Assembly: GCA_964016885.1 (NCBI GenBank)
Contig: OZ024754.1
Location: 36,766,001-36,830,000 of the forward strand
Direction of reading: 5' to 3'
Source: Eledone cirrhosa
Taxonomy: Eukaryota
Length of the DNA: 64,000 bases
Shown: positions 44,501 through 58,162 of the stretch, one piece after another
Layout of the letters: each line of letters starts with the position of its first letter
Numbering within the stretch: position 1 is the first letter of the stretch
Notes under the pieces: model-generated
What the model was told of the DNA's origin: nothing
Seen by the model: only the letters and a program-made list of their open reading frames with translations
The model's database searches: none
Made by a program: the position numbers and the translations under genes

Positions 44501-47500
44501 TACTAACTACAGCTATACCACCATATTACTAACTACAGCTATACCACCATCTTACTAACTACAGCTATACCACCATCTTACTAACTACAGCTATACCACC
44601 ATCTTACTAACTACAGCTATACCACCATCTTACTAACTACAGCTATACCACCATCTTACTAACTACAGCTATACCACCATCTTACTAACTACAGCTATAC
44701 CACCATCTTACTACTAACTACAGCTATACCACCATCTTACTAACTACAGCTATACCACCATATTACTAACTACAGCTATACCACCATCTTACTAACTACA
44801 GCTATACCACCATCTTACTAACTACAGCTATACCACCATATTACTAACTACTACAACTATACCACCATCTTACTAACTACTACAGCTATACCACCATATT
44901 ACTAACTACAGCTATACCACCATATTACTAACTACTACAGCTATACCACCATCTTACTAACTACTACAGCTATACCACCATATTACTAACTACAGCTATA
45001 CCACCATATTACTAACTACTACAGCTATACCACCATCTTACTAACTACAGCTATACCACCATCTTACTAACTAGTACAGCTATACCACCATTTACTAACT
45101 ACAGCTATACCACCATCTTATTAACTACTACAGCTATACCACCATATTACTAACTACTACAGCTATACCACCATCTTACTAACTACAGCTATACCACCAT
45201 ATTACTAACTACTACAGCTATACCACCATCTTACTAACTACAGCTATACCACCATCTTACTAACTACATCTATACCACCATATTACTAACTACTACAGCT
45301 ATACCACCATCTTACTAACTACGGCTATACCACCATATTACTAACTACTACAGCTATACCACCATCTTACTAACTACAGCTATACCACCATATTACTAAC
45401 TACTACAGCTATACTACCATCTTACTAACTACAGCTATACCACCATATTACTAACTACTACAGCTATACCACCATCTTACTAACTACTACAGCTATACCA
45501 CCATCTTACTAACTACAGCTATACCACCATCTTACTAACTACAGCTATACCACCATATTACTAACTACTACAGCTATACTACCATATTACTAACTACTAC
45601 AGCTATACCACCATCTTACTAACTACTACAGCTATACCACCATCTTACTAACTACAGCTATACCACCATCTTACTAACTACAGCTATACCACCATCTTAC
45701 TAACTACTACAGCTATACCACCATCTTACTAACTACAGCTATACCACCATCTTACTAACTACTACAGCTATACCACCATATTACTAACTACAGCTATACG
45801 ACCATATTACTAACTACTACAGCTATACCACCATATTACTAACTACTACAGCTATACCACTATATTACTAACTACTACAGCTATACCACCATATTACTAA
45901 CTACTACAGCTATACCACTATATTACTAACTACTACAGCTATACCACCATATTACTAACTACTACAGCTATACCACCATTTTACTAACTACTACAACTAT
46001 ATCACCATATTACTAATTACTACAGCTATACTACCATCTTACTAACTACAACGATACCACCATCTTACTAACTACAACTATACCACCATATTACTAACTA
46101 CAGCTATACCACCATATTACTAACTACTACAGATATACCACCATATTACTAACTACTACAGCTATACCACCATCTTACTAACTACTACAGCTATACCACC
46201 ATATTACTAACTACAACTATACCACCATCTTACTAACTACTACAACTATACCACCATATTACTAACTACTACAGCTATACCACTATATTACTAACTACAA
46301 CTATACCACCATCTTACTAACTACTACAGCGATACTACCATATTACTAACTACAGCTATACCACCATATTACTAACTACAGCTATACCACCATATTACTA
46401 ACTACTACAGCTATACCACCATCTTACTAACTACAGCTATACCACCATCTTACTAACTACTACAGCTATACCACCATATTACTAACTACAGCTATACCAC
46501 CATATTACTAACTACTACAGCTATACCACCATCTTACTAACTACAGCTATACCACCATATTACTAACTACTACAGCTATACCACCATCTTACTAACTACA
46601 GCTATACCACCATCTTACTAACTACAGCTATACCACCATATTACTAACTACAGCTATACCACCATATTACTAACTACTACAACTATACCCCCATTTTACT
46701 AACTACAGCTATACCACCATCTTACTAACTACAGCTATACCACCATCTTACTAACTACAGCTATACCACCATATTACTAACTACTACAGCTATACCACCA
46801 TATTACTAACTACAACTATACCACCATCTTACTAACTACAGCTATACCACCATATTACTAACTACAACTATACCACCATCTTACTAACTACAACTATACC
46901 ACCATCTTACTAACTACAGCTATACCACCATCTTACTAACTACTACAGCTATACCACCATCTTACTAACTACTACAGCTATACCACCATATTACTAACTA
47001 CTACAGCTATACCACCATATTACTAACTACAACTATACCACCATCTTACTAACTACAGCTATACCACCATATTACTAACTACTACAGCTATACTACCATA
47101 TTACTAACTACAGCTATACCACCATATTACTAACTTCAGCTATACCACCATATTACTAACTACTACAGCTATACCACCATCTTACTAACTACTACAGCTA
47201 TACCACCATATTACTAACTACTACAGCTATACCACCATCTTACTACTAACTACAGCTATACCACCATCTTACTACTAACTACAACTATACCACCATCTTA
47301 CTACTAACTACAGCTATACCACCATCTTACTACTAACTACAGCTATACCACCATCTTACTAACTACAACTATACCACCATCTTACTACTAACTACAGCTA
47401 TACCACCATCTTACTAACTACAACTATACCACCATCTTACTACTAACTACAACTATACCACCATCTTACTACTAACTACAGCTATACCACCATCTTACTA

Positions 47501-48033
47501 ACTACTACAGCTATACCACCATCTTACTACTAACTACAGCTATACCACCATCTTACTACTAACTACAGCTATACTACCATATTACTAACTACTACAGCTA
47601 TACCACCATCTTACTACTAACTACAGCTATACCACCATCTTACTAACTACAGCTATACCACCATCTTAGTAACTACAGCTATACCACCATCTTACTACTA
47701 ACTACAACTATACCACCATCTTACTAACTACAACTATACCACCATCTTACTAACTACAACTATACCCACCATCTTACTAACTACTACAGCTATACCACCA
47801 TCTTACTACTAACTACAGCTATACCACCATCTTACTACTAACTACAGCTATACCCCCATCTTACTACTAACTACAGCTATACCACCATCTTACTACTAAC
47901 TACAGCTATACCACCATCTTACTAACTACAACTATACCACCATCTTACTACTAACTACAGCTATACCACCATCTTACTAACTACAGCTATACCACCATCT
48001 TACTAACTACAGCTATACCACCATCTTACTAAC
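41586..48033. repeat. 6.4-kb minisatellite, 26-bp unit ctacagctataccaccat[c/a]ttactaa with +CTA 29-bp variants
   Basis: Seen directly; higher-order duplications visible. Confidence 0.98.
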
Positions 48034-48299
48034 AACTGTAGATAAAATAGTTACTTTTTAAAATTCTGACATTTTAACAATAAACAGCTAAGCAGAAAAA
48101 TATTTGATCATATAACACTCTTATGAATACACTTAATCTTCACTCACACATGCATATGTGTGTGTGTGTGTACATATACATATATGTATATATTTACGTA
48201 TATATAAACATATATACATATATGTATATATATATATATATATACATATATACATATATGTATGTATATATATATATATAAACATATATGTATGTATGT

Positions 48300-48340
<41 letters not shown>

Positions 48341-48754
48341 TCTATATATGTATATATTTACATATATATACACATATATCTATCTATATATATATATACA
48401 CACATATATATATATATACACATACATCTATACATATATACATATATATATACATATATCTATAAATATATACACATATATACATATCTATCTATATATA
48501 TGTACATATATATATATATATACACATACATCTATACATATATACATATATATACATATATCTATAAATATATACACATATATACATATCTATCTATATA
48601 TATGTACATATATATATATATATACATATACATAAAGACATATAAATAGACATACAGTCGCATGTTTGTAAATGTGTGTGTGTATATATAGTTGAAAAGA
48701 TGAGGGTGAGAATTGGAAGCTTCAAGTAGGGAGAGTCTACTGGTATGTCCGGCT

Positions 48755-48894
48755 TCATTTCCTGACGTAAACATTTGGACTTCCAGGAGGAGTACTTGTG
48801 GGCACACGACTGATCGATGATTTCCGTTTCAGTGACAGACGTTTGGCGGTGGACTTAACAAACGTCTCTGCAGACTCAAAGACAGAATCACTGC
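48755..48894 (-). CDS. Probable terminal coding exon: (G)SDSVFESAETFVKSTAKRLSLKRKSSISRVPTSTPPGSPNVYVRK*
   Basis: Strong acceptor tctcttttcatctctcttttcag, phase 1, 45 codons to TGA, protein-like composition in unique sequence. Confidence 0.75.
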
Positions 48895-49035
48895 CTGAAA
48901 AGAGAGATGAAAAGAGATATAAGCATGTGTATATGTATTTTTATATACATGTCTAGCATTATATATATATATATATATATATACAATATTAAATAATATT
49001 AAATAAATGGAAAACTATATTTATAAAACCATATC

Positions 49036-49101
49036 TATTTCATTATATATATTTCGGGGATATCATATTAACAATATGCTATGCCTTCATCAGACAAAAT
49101 A
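49036..49101 (-). ncRNA. Type I hammerhead ribozyme (mirror copy; sense to the candidate host gene)
   Basis: Reverse complement of 49279-49344. Confidence 0.7.
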
Positions 49102-49278
49102 CAATATAAACAGTTTTATAGATAAATATATTCGACATACCGTAATAAACATCAACTTCATTTGAAGAGGTTTACTCTAGCAGTGTAAACCTCTAACTGC
49201 TAGAGTAAACCTCTTCAAATGAAGTTGATGTTTATTACGGTATGTCGAATATATTTATCTATAAAACTGTTTATATTG

Positions 49279-49344
49279 TATTTTGTCTGATGAAGGCATA
49301 GCATATTGTTAATATGATATCCCCGAAATATATATAATGAAATA
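49279..49344 (+). ncRNA. Type I hammerhead ribozyme (family A)
   Basis: tattttgt-CTGATGA-aggcatag catatt gtt aatatg atatcccc-GAAA-t atat a-TA-atgaaata. Confidence 0.7.
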
Positions 49345-49472
49345 GATATGGTTTTATAAATATAGTTTTCCATTTATTTAATATTGTAAATATACTCCAA
49401 ATATTTGTCGAGTGCTTTTATATCAGTTATAAATATTTACTAGTTGTAACCCAACAATTTTAAATATAACTT

Positions 49473-49503
<31 letters not shown>

Positions 49504-49599
49504 ACATAGTAAAGCCTACTACAGCCAGTAGGCATCTCTAACAAAATACACCCCCGTCTCACCACCCCCACCCCATCCACACCACCCCCTCCTATGTAA

Positions 49600-49898
49600 A
49601 GTTATGTTGGTGCCACACCATCCAGGCCGAAACAAATGAGATCGTGTAGGTGTCACGACAAAAAAACACACAGTGTCCACGCTGTAAATGTGGCCGTGTA
49701 GGCAACACGGTAAAAACCTCCCAGACCCACACTGTAAATGTGGTTGGTGTTAGGAAGGGCATCCAACTGTAGAAAACCTGCCAGACAGTCCTATGCGAGC
49801 AAGACAATCACTCTTGCCTCAAGTGGGAATACCCCCGTCCAAACCCATGCAAGCGTGGAACACGGACGTTAAACGTTGATGATGATGATGATGATGAT
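49600..49898 (+). mobile_element. SINE with ggaagggcatcc central block and (GAT)n tail
   Basis: gttggtgttaggaagggcatcc...cccatgcaagcgtggaacacggacgttaaac(gat)n; inverted copy at 50516-50758. Confidence 0.8.
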
Positions 49899-49980
49899 AT
49901 ATATATATATATATAAACAATGAATTTATAACATGAAGTTCACATGAAGATATGTCACTATCTTTACACCAATTATTGTT

Positions 49981-50037
49981 CTTTATCTGACGAAAGCGTA
50001 CTTAAATATTAGTACCCTTGAAATACGTATAATAAAA
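49981..50037 (+). ncRNA. Type I hammerhead ribozyme (family A)
   Basis: ctttat-CTGACGA-aagc gtact taaatatt agtac cctt-GAAA-t acgt a-TA-ataaaa. Confidence 0.7.
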
Positions 50038-50082
50038 TAAATATGGTTTTATAAAGATATTTTCCATTTATTAATATTATTG

Positions 50083-50125
<43 letters not shown>

Positions 50126-50473
50126 TATCATTATATATATCTTTTTTTTTATGTAATAAACAACACAATAAAATTATTCCATTACCCAAGGTTTCGCGAA
50201 GTTAGACAATTCTATACAATACATAGAGCACGCTTCTTTCCTTTACCTTTTCTACAGAAATACTTAACACACACACATATATATATAAGATAAGAGAGAC
50301 GGTTTTATTTGTACATCTTCATTTTATTACATAATTCTGTTATACGTATTTCAAAGATGACAGAGTGGTTATATAATAACCACTCTGTATTTTCCTATCC
50401 ATTGATATGTTACTGGTTTCTCGTAGTGTTTACATTGCTGACCAATTAGTTGATCAACCAACTTTCATAACTG

Positions 50474-50515
<42 letters not shown>

Positions 50516-50516
<1 letters not shown>

Positions 50517-50758
50517 CATCATCGTTTAACGTCCATTTTCCACGCTAGCATGGGTCTGGACGGGAATTGTCCCACTTGAGGCAAGATTGGTTGTCTTGCT
50601 CAGGACTGTCTGGCGGGTTTTCTACGGCTGGATGCCCTTCCTAACACCAACCACGTTTACAGTGTGGACTGGGAGGTTTTTACCGTGTTACCTACACGGC
50701 CACATTACAGCGTGGACACTGTGTTTTTTTTGTCGTGACAATCTACACGACCTCATTT
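50516..50758 (-). mobile_element. SINE, inverted copy of 49634-49898
   Basis: High similarity by eye along ~240 bp. Confidence 0.85.
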
Positions 50759-50785
50759 ATTTAGGACTATATATATATATATATG

Positions 50786-51157
50786 TACCCTCAGGTCCTA
50801 AATAATAGGAGTTTGGAATAAGCGGGGGGATGGAAAATCTGCTATTTTTCTAGGTTGCCTTCATTGATTTTTTTTAAAACCAGAATTAGATATCTAGTTT
50901 ACATACTGAGACCCCAACCCAACATATGACATTTCTAGTAATGTACTTTTTTTGTCATGCATAATGTTATTTAATGTCTAAAGAAAATTAATTCTCGCAA
51001 GAATGTTACCACTTAAAATTAAATTTTACCAAAGATAAATTAGCAAAATTTAATATGGGGTGGGGTTGGAATAACAGTGTGTGTGTGGGGGGGGGCATAT
51101 CTGAAAAATTCATAAGCGTGGTGGGGGGTGGGGGCGATTATTTGAGACCAAAGAGTT
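50786..51157. mobile_element. Possible DNA-transposon-derived MITE
   Basis: Imperfect TIRs taccctcaggtcctaaataa / ttatttgagaccaaagagt. Confidence 0.45.
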
Positions 51158-51189
51158 TATATGTTAACTGTGCATTATATGACATTTCT

Positions 51190-51362
51190 GTTTGGGGGAA
51201 ATGTGGAAAGGAATGTGCCGTATTTGGTGGACTGAAACGTCATTTGAAAGTGCACTTACTGCAAGAGGCCCCCACAGTTGCAGCATCTGTGCAAGAGTGT
51301 GCAAACCCCGTGCTGCTCATGCTTAAGTGTCATGCGATGGCATTACTTGAAATAGAGTTGCA

Positions 51363-51370
<8 letters not shown>
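51190..51370 (+). mobile_element. RTE-type LINE 3' fragment
   Basis: KCGKECAVFGGLKRHLKVH finger remnant and tail gcgatggcattacttg...gcagccatcat. Confidence 0.7.
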
Positions 51371-51418
<48 letters not shown>

Positions 51419-51558
51419 TTAAGTTTGGTGGTTCACCACTGGATAGAACTGGTCATTCCGTATAGCGAACCATGATGTAATAGTAGGAAAAGCACTCTAT
51501 ATGATGCAACTCATCCCTCTTTGATGTTGAATTTTGTTGGTGCGAGAATGGAGTCAAT

Positions 51559-51674
51559 TATTATTGAGTAAAATGAGAAGAGGCCGGACTGGTGAAATTC
51601 CTTCAAAGATTTATTATAATAAATCTTTGAAGGAATTTCACCAATCTGGCCTCCTGTCATTTTACTCAATAATA
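51559..51674. repeat. Spacer-less palindrome, 58-bp arms, few mismatches
   Basis: Centre gatttatta/taataaatc at 51616/51617. Confidence 0.9.
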
Positions 51675-53148
51675 TATAAATATATATAATGTATTTATAA
51701 AATGTAAAGAACTATGTGTGATTATTAAAAAAATTAAAACACAGAGTATTATAATATATAGCAATTACTCATAATTTTGCTTTCAGACAATATAATAAAT
51801 AAATTATGGTGGTTTGGGTGTCGAGGGGAAAGAAGAAAAAGTAATACAAATAGCTACGAAAGCACAAACAAAACAAAAAAGGCTGTTCTTTTTTTAAAGA
51901 AAACAAACAATACGAAACATAGGTTTTAATAAGAGACAGTTGTGAGTTGTGAGGAGAAAGGAGTGATAAAAAAGTTTCAAGTCCTCCGTGCTGAAAAAAG
52001 GGACCACAGAATGTCATGGTAAAGTGATGGCTAGAAATAATAGCTAATACCTGAAAAAACAATTAACCAGTTGGAAACCAACAGAGTAACCCCAGTTGTG
52101 GCTAAGAAGCATAGGATTTGTGTTGTGAGATATGTAATAATTGATTGGTAAAGACATCAGAAAACTGGTATAATGTGGTAGAAATATATAAAGGGCAAAA
52201 ATGACAAATAAATCAATACAAAGTAATGTTTTTTACCCAGTATATTTCAACATTAGGAGTCTCTTTTCAAATGCAAAACAAAAACGATGCAAAACAAAAA
52301 TGAATGATGCGTTCTTCCTTATCTGGTCCAAGTGTGTGGGTTCTTGATTTTGGCACAACCTCCAAGCCTTCACATTAGAAGCGTGTAATGAAATAGAATA
52401 TATTAACTGGACAAGAAGATATGGTGGTGAAGAAACAATTAATCCCACTGTCTCTGGTTGCTCAGTCTTAACCAATAAAGAATACATTTACAAACATAAC
52501 ACAGAGATTGGAAATGATGCCAGTGTTATGAAATACCAACTGAAAAAGGACTATATAAACATATTCAAGGTGAATTTCTCTGAGAAACATAAGTGGCAAC
52601 ACTCTAGAATATACCAGAACACACAAAGCCAATAAGTGAGATATTATTACCAAGGTCAAGCAAGTGGGAAAGTGTTACTTAATTGAAGTATCAGTTCTAA
52701 TAGGTAACAATGTATCTTTCAAGGAAATGAAGAAATGAGACAAATATAAAGATATTAATAGAGATAACTCACATGAAGGGCTGAAAACAGAAACAATCTA
52801 GATAATAATAAGTTCTAAAGAAAATGATTAAAAAGTGTGCAAAATCAGAATAAAACTTCCCCAAATTATAAATTCCACGAAATACTAAAAATAGCACTAC
52901 ACAAATTATATAAAGTGTCAATACAGCTGAATGTTCAAAACCAAAACAAAAACAGAATACTGCATGGGTCCAAGACACACAGAGCTGTTCTCAGTTGCAC
53001 AGTGAAATCACATAATATAAAAAATAGGACTACTGAATAATAACAACTATAGCAATAATAATAATAATAGTAGCAATAACAAACTGTAAAGTGAAAAGAA
53101 AGAAGTCAAAACCAGCATATATAAAAAGGAAAAAGAAAAAATAATTAC

Positions 53149-53172
53149 CTGATGGTGGAAGTATTATGCCAG
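53149..53172 (-). CDS. Candidate 24-nt microexon, phase 1-1 (xGIILPPSG)
   Basis: ctctctttctctcataag/CTGGCATAATACTTCCACCATCAG/gtaatt; phase matches the terminal exon. Confidence 0.6.
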
Positions 53173-53196
53173 CTTATGAGAGAAAGAGAGTGTGTG

Positions 53197-53234
<38 letters not shown>

Positions 53235-53559
53235 CGTGCGTGTGATGTGCGCGTGTGCGTGTGTGCGTGTGTAACACAAATAATAGATCATGAAGGTTTA
53301 TCAATTAATACATTATTTATTTGATTTACATATGTTTCATTCTCGAAAGGATGTCATTTGTCAAGACTTTTGTAGAGAAATCCTCAGAATCAATTATATA
53401 TAACGTATGAAAGGTATTTATGACCATGAGAGAAGAAGTGTTTGTTCATGGGTGTGGCCTTAAAAAGACAGAGTTGCATCTAGCAGTATATTGTGAGGTA
53501 TGCCTAGTTTTGTATACTGGCATGGGTTGGACAAGGAAGTGAATCAGGTATGTGGATGG

Positions 53560-53830
53560 GAGTAGGAGGCATATATACTGAGAGGAAAGCTAAGCATAAA
53601 AGAAACTGAATATGACATGCAAGGGAAATGACTGCAGTGATATGGTCACGTGATGCATATGAAGGGCAAGAGTTGAATACAAAAAAAAAAGAGGCAAGCG
53701 CTTGAAGTGGATGGAAAGTGCAGACACCTAAGAAGACATGGGATGGATTTGTGAAGACCCCAAGAAACTAAAGAGATAACACAGGAAGGAACTGACTATC
53801 AATATGCAATAATAAAAAAAGGCTTGCCCA
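53560..53830 (+). mobile_element. Highly decayed RTE LINE 3' fragment
   Basis: Remnant peptides YGHVMHM, LEVDGK and PKKTW. Confidence 0.55.
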
Positions 53831-54872
53831 CCTATACAATCATTACAGTATGTTAATGTTGAATAAACACACAAGAGTCTCTCTCACCATGATTATATTA
53901 AGCTGTGAGTAAATGTTACTGATGATGATTAAAAACCCAGAAACACACGCCTGACATTCTCACCAGCTACTGTGATAGATGTGACATGATCACTGCTTAA
54001 AAGATTCATAGCAAGACTCATCTATGTTTATCATACATAAACATATCAGATATACATCTTTCATATACACCTCTGTTATGAATCACTCTGTGTTAGTGCT
54101 ACTGTTAATTTATCCTAGCTGTCACTTGCTGAGGTCAGATAGGTCAGGTGACTGGGTCCTGCTCTTATACTTTGTTTTGGCTTCGTTTCTATGGCTGTAA
54201 GGTATACCTTTTAATAAATATACAATTTCACCTTGCTACATAGAAATGACATTAGTTAAACAAGAGGCATTTAGCCCTCCTTGGGAAGAAATGGGGGTTT
54301 AATGTGACTAGTTTCTTCTTAGATTTTCATCAGGGAAATACAACCCAGCCTCTATCCACAGACAGACAAAGAAAGAAAGAAACAAAGAAGAAAATAAGAA
54401 AAATATCAAGAGTGAAAAAAAGAAAAATATCGATAAAACAGAAACAAACAAACAAACACGAAAGAAAGAAAAAAGAAAAGAAAAGAAAAAAAAAATGGAA
54501 AAAGAAGAAAAAAATGGAAAAAGAAAAAAAAAAGAAAAAGAAAACGGAAAAGGAAAAAAGAAAGAAAGGAAAATGGAAAAATAAAATAAAAATAGAAAGA
54601 AAGAAGACAGAAAAAAGATGAAAAATTCAAAGAAAGAGAGAAAGACAGAAACAGAAAGAAAGAAAGAGAGAAAGAGACTGGATAGATGAATTGCAGGAGA
54701 AAGAAACCAAACCAAAAAATAAGAAGTTCCAAGCAGAAAAGAAAACCATTGAAATCTGAGAAAATGTGAAAAAATACCATACTGCATCATTGCACAATGA
54801 AGAATTCATATGTATTGCTGTGCCATAGCCATAGGCTGTTCACCTCTGGGGGAGTCACAGAGACACTATTGT

Positions 54873-57800
54873 GACATACAGTGTGTCTGGAGCATTTTAA
54901 ACATGGCAGAGTCTAGGGATCAGCCCTAGTACTGAACATACAGTTCGTCTGGGACATTTTAAACATGGCAGAGTCTAGGGACCAGCTCTAGTACTGGACA
55001 TACAGTGTGTCTGGGACATTTTAAACATGGCAGAGTCTAGGGATCAGTCCTAGTACTGGACATACAGTGTGTCTGGGACATTTTAAACATGGCAGAGTCT
55101 AGGGATCAGTCCTAGTACTGGACATACAGTGTGTCTGGGACATTTTAAACATGGCAGAGTCTAGGGATCAGTCCTAGTACTGGACATACAGTGTGTCTGG
55201 GACATTTTAAACATGGCAGAGTCTAGGGATCAGTCCTAGTACTGGACATACAGTGTGTCTGGGACATTTTAAACATGGCAGAGTCTAGGGATCAGTCCTA
55301 GTACTGGACATACAGTGTGTCTGGGACATTTTAAACATGGCAGAGTCTAGGGACCAGCTCTAGTACTGGACATACAGTGTGTCTGGGACATTTTAAACAT
55401 GGCAGAGTCTAGGGATCAGTCCTAGTACTGGACATACAGTGTGTCTGGGAAATTTTAAACATGGCAGAGTCTAGGGATCAGTCCTAGTACTGGACATACA
55501 GTGTGTCTGGGACATTTTAAACATGGCAGAGTCTAGGGATCAGTCCTAGTACTGGACATACAGTGTGTCTGGGACAGTTTAAACATGGCAGAGTCTAGGG
55601 ATCAGTCCTAGTACTGGACATACAGTGTGTCTGGGACATTTTAAACATGGCAGAGTCTAGGGATCAGTCCTAGTACTGGACATACAGTGTGTCTGGGACA
55701 TTTTAAACATGGCAGAGTCTAGGGATCAGTCCTAGTACTGGACATACAGTGTGTCTGGGACATTTTAAACATGGCAGAGTCTAGGGATCAGTCCTAGTAC
55801 TGGACATACAGTGTGTCTGGGACATTTTAAACATGGCAGAGTCTAGGGATCAGTCCTAGTACTGGACATACAGTGTGTCTGGGACATTTTAAACATGGCA
55901 GAGTCTAGGGATCAGTCCTAGTACTGGACATACAGTGTGTCTGGGACATTTTAAACATGGCAGAGTCTAGGGATCAGTCCTAGTACTGGACATACAGTGT
56001 GTCTGGGACATTTTAAACATGGCAGAGTCTAGGGATCAGTCCTAGTACTGGACATACAGTGTGTCTGGGACATTTTAAACATGGCAGAGTCTAGGGATCA
56101 GTCCTAGTACTGGACATACAGTGTGTCTGGGACATTTTAAACATGGCAGAGTCTAGGGATCAGTCCTAGTACTGGACATACAGTGTGTCTGGGACATTTT
56201 AAACATGGCAGAGTCTAGGGATCAGTCCTAGTACTGGACATACAGTGTGTCTGGGACATTTTAAACATGGCAGAGTCTAGGGATCAGTCCTAGTACTGGA
56301 CATACAGTGTGTCTGGGACATTTTAAACATGGCAGAGTCTAGGGATCAGTCCTAGTACTGGACATACAGTGTGTCTGGGACATTTTAAACATGGCAGAGT
56401 CTAGGGATCAGTCCTAGTACTGGACATACAGTGTGTCTGGGACATTTTAAACATGGCAGAGTCTAGGGATCAGTCCTAGTACTGGACATACAGTGTGTCT
56501 GGGACATTTTAAACATGGCAGAGTCTAGGGATCAGTCCTAGTACTGGACATACAGTGTGTCTGGGACATTTTAAACATGGCAGAGTCTAGGGATCAGCCC
56601 TAGTACTGGACATACAGTGTGTCTGGGACATTTTAAACATGGCAGAGTCTAGGGATCAGTCCTAGTACTGGACATACAGTGTGTCTGGGACATTTTAAAC
56701 ATGGCAGAGTCTAGGGATCAGTCCTAGTACTGGACATACAGTGTGTCTGGGACATTTTAAACATGGCAGAGTCTAGGGATCAGTCCTAGTACTGGACATA
56801 CAGTGTGTCTGGGACATTTTAAACATGGCAGAGTCTAGGGATCAGCCCTAGTACTGGATATACAGTGTATCTGGGACATTTTAAACATGGCAGAGTCTAG
56901 GGATCAGTCCTAGTACTGGACATACAGTTCGTCTGGGACATTTTAAACATGGCAGAGTCTAGGGATCAGTCCTAGTACTGGACATACAGTGTGTCTGGGA
57001 CATTTTAAACATGGCAGAGTCTAGGGATCAGTCCTAGTACTGGACATACAGTGTGTCTGGGACATTTTAAACATGGCAGAGTCTAGGGATCAGCCCTAGT
57101 ACTGGACATACAGTGTATCTGGGACATTTTAAACATGGCAGAGTCTAGGGATCAGCCCTAGTACTGGACATACAGTGTATCTGGGACATTTTAAACATGG
57201 CAGAGTCTAGGGATCAGTCCTAGTACTGGACATACAGTTCGTCTGGGACATTTTAAACATGGCAGAGTCTAGGGATCAGTCCTAGTACTGGACATACAGT
57301 GTGTCTGGGACATTTTAAACATGGCAGAGTCTAGGGATCAGCCCTAGTACTGGACATACAGTGTGTCTGGGACATTTTAAACATGGCAGAGTCTAGGGAT
57401 CAGCCCTAGTACTGGACATACAGTTCGTCTGGGACATTTTAAACATGGCAGAGTCTAGGGACCAGCCCTAGTACTGGACATACAGTGTGTCTGGGACATT
57501 TTAAACATGGCAGAGTCTAGGGACCAGCCCTAGTACTGGACATACAGTTCGTCTGGGACATTTTAAACATGGCAGAGTCTAGGGACCAGCCCTAGTACTG
57601 GACATACAGTTCGTCTGGGACATTTTAAACATGGCAGAGTCTAGGGACCAGCCCTAGTACTGGACATACAGTGTATCTGGGACATTTTAAACATGGCAGA
57701 GTCTAGGGATCAGCCCTAGTACTGGACATACAGTGTGTCTGGGACATTTTAAACATGGCAGAGTCTAGGGACCAGCCCTAGTACTGGACATACAGTTCGT

Positions 57801-58162
57801 CTGGGACATTTTAAACATGGCAGAATCCAAGGACCAGCTCTAGTACTGGACATACAGTTTGTCTGGGACATTTTAAACATGGCAGTGTCCAAGGACCAGC
57901 CTCAGTACTGGACATACAATGTGTCTGGTACATTTTAAACATGGCAGAATCTAGGGATCAGCCCTAGTACTGGACATACAGTTTGTCTGGGACATTTTAA
58001 ACTAACCAGAATCTAGGGATCAGCCCTAGTACTGGACATACAGTTTGTCTGGAGCATTTTAAACATGGCAGAGTCCAAGGATCAACTCCAGTACTGGACA
58101 TACAGTTTGTCTGGGGCATTTTAAACATGGCAGAGTCCAAGGAATCAACCCCAGTACAGGAC
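54873..58162. repeat. 62-bp minisatellite, about 53 copies, homogeneous core and divergent edges
   Basis: Unit gacatacagtgtgtctgggacattttaaacatggcagagtctagggatcagtcctagtactg. Confidence 0.98.

Larger units (their letters stand above)
48995..49385. repeat. Perfect inverted repeat, 190-bp arms, 11-nt spacer
   Basis: 48995-49184 is the reverse complement of 49196-49385. Confidence 0.95.

Noticed and set aside
54304-54790. Lys-rich or Phe-rich ORFs
   Set aside because: Low-complexity A/G-rich tract.
54873-58162. CRISPR-like regular array with an internal hairpin
   Set aside because: Head-to-tail identical units with no unique spacers, no cas genes, eukaryotic context.
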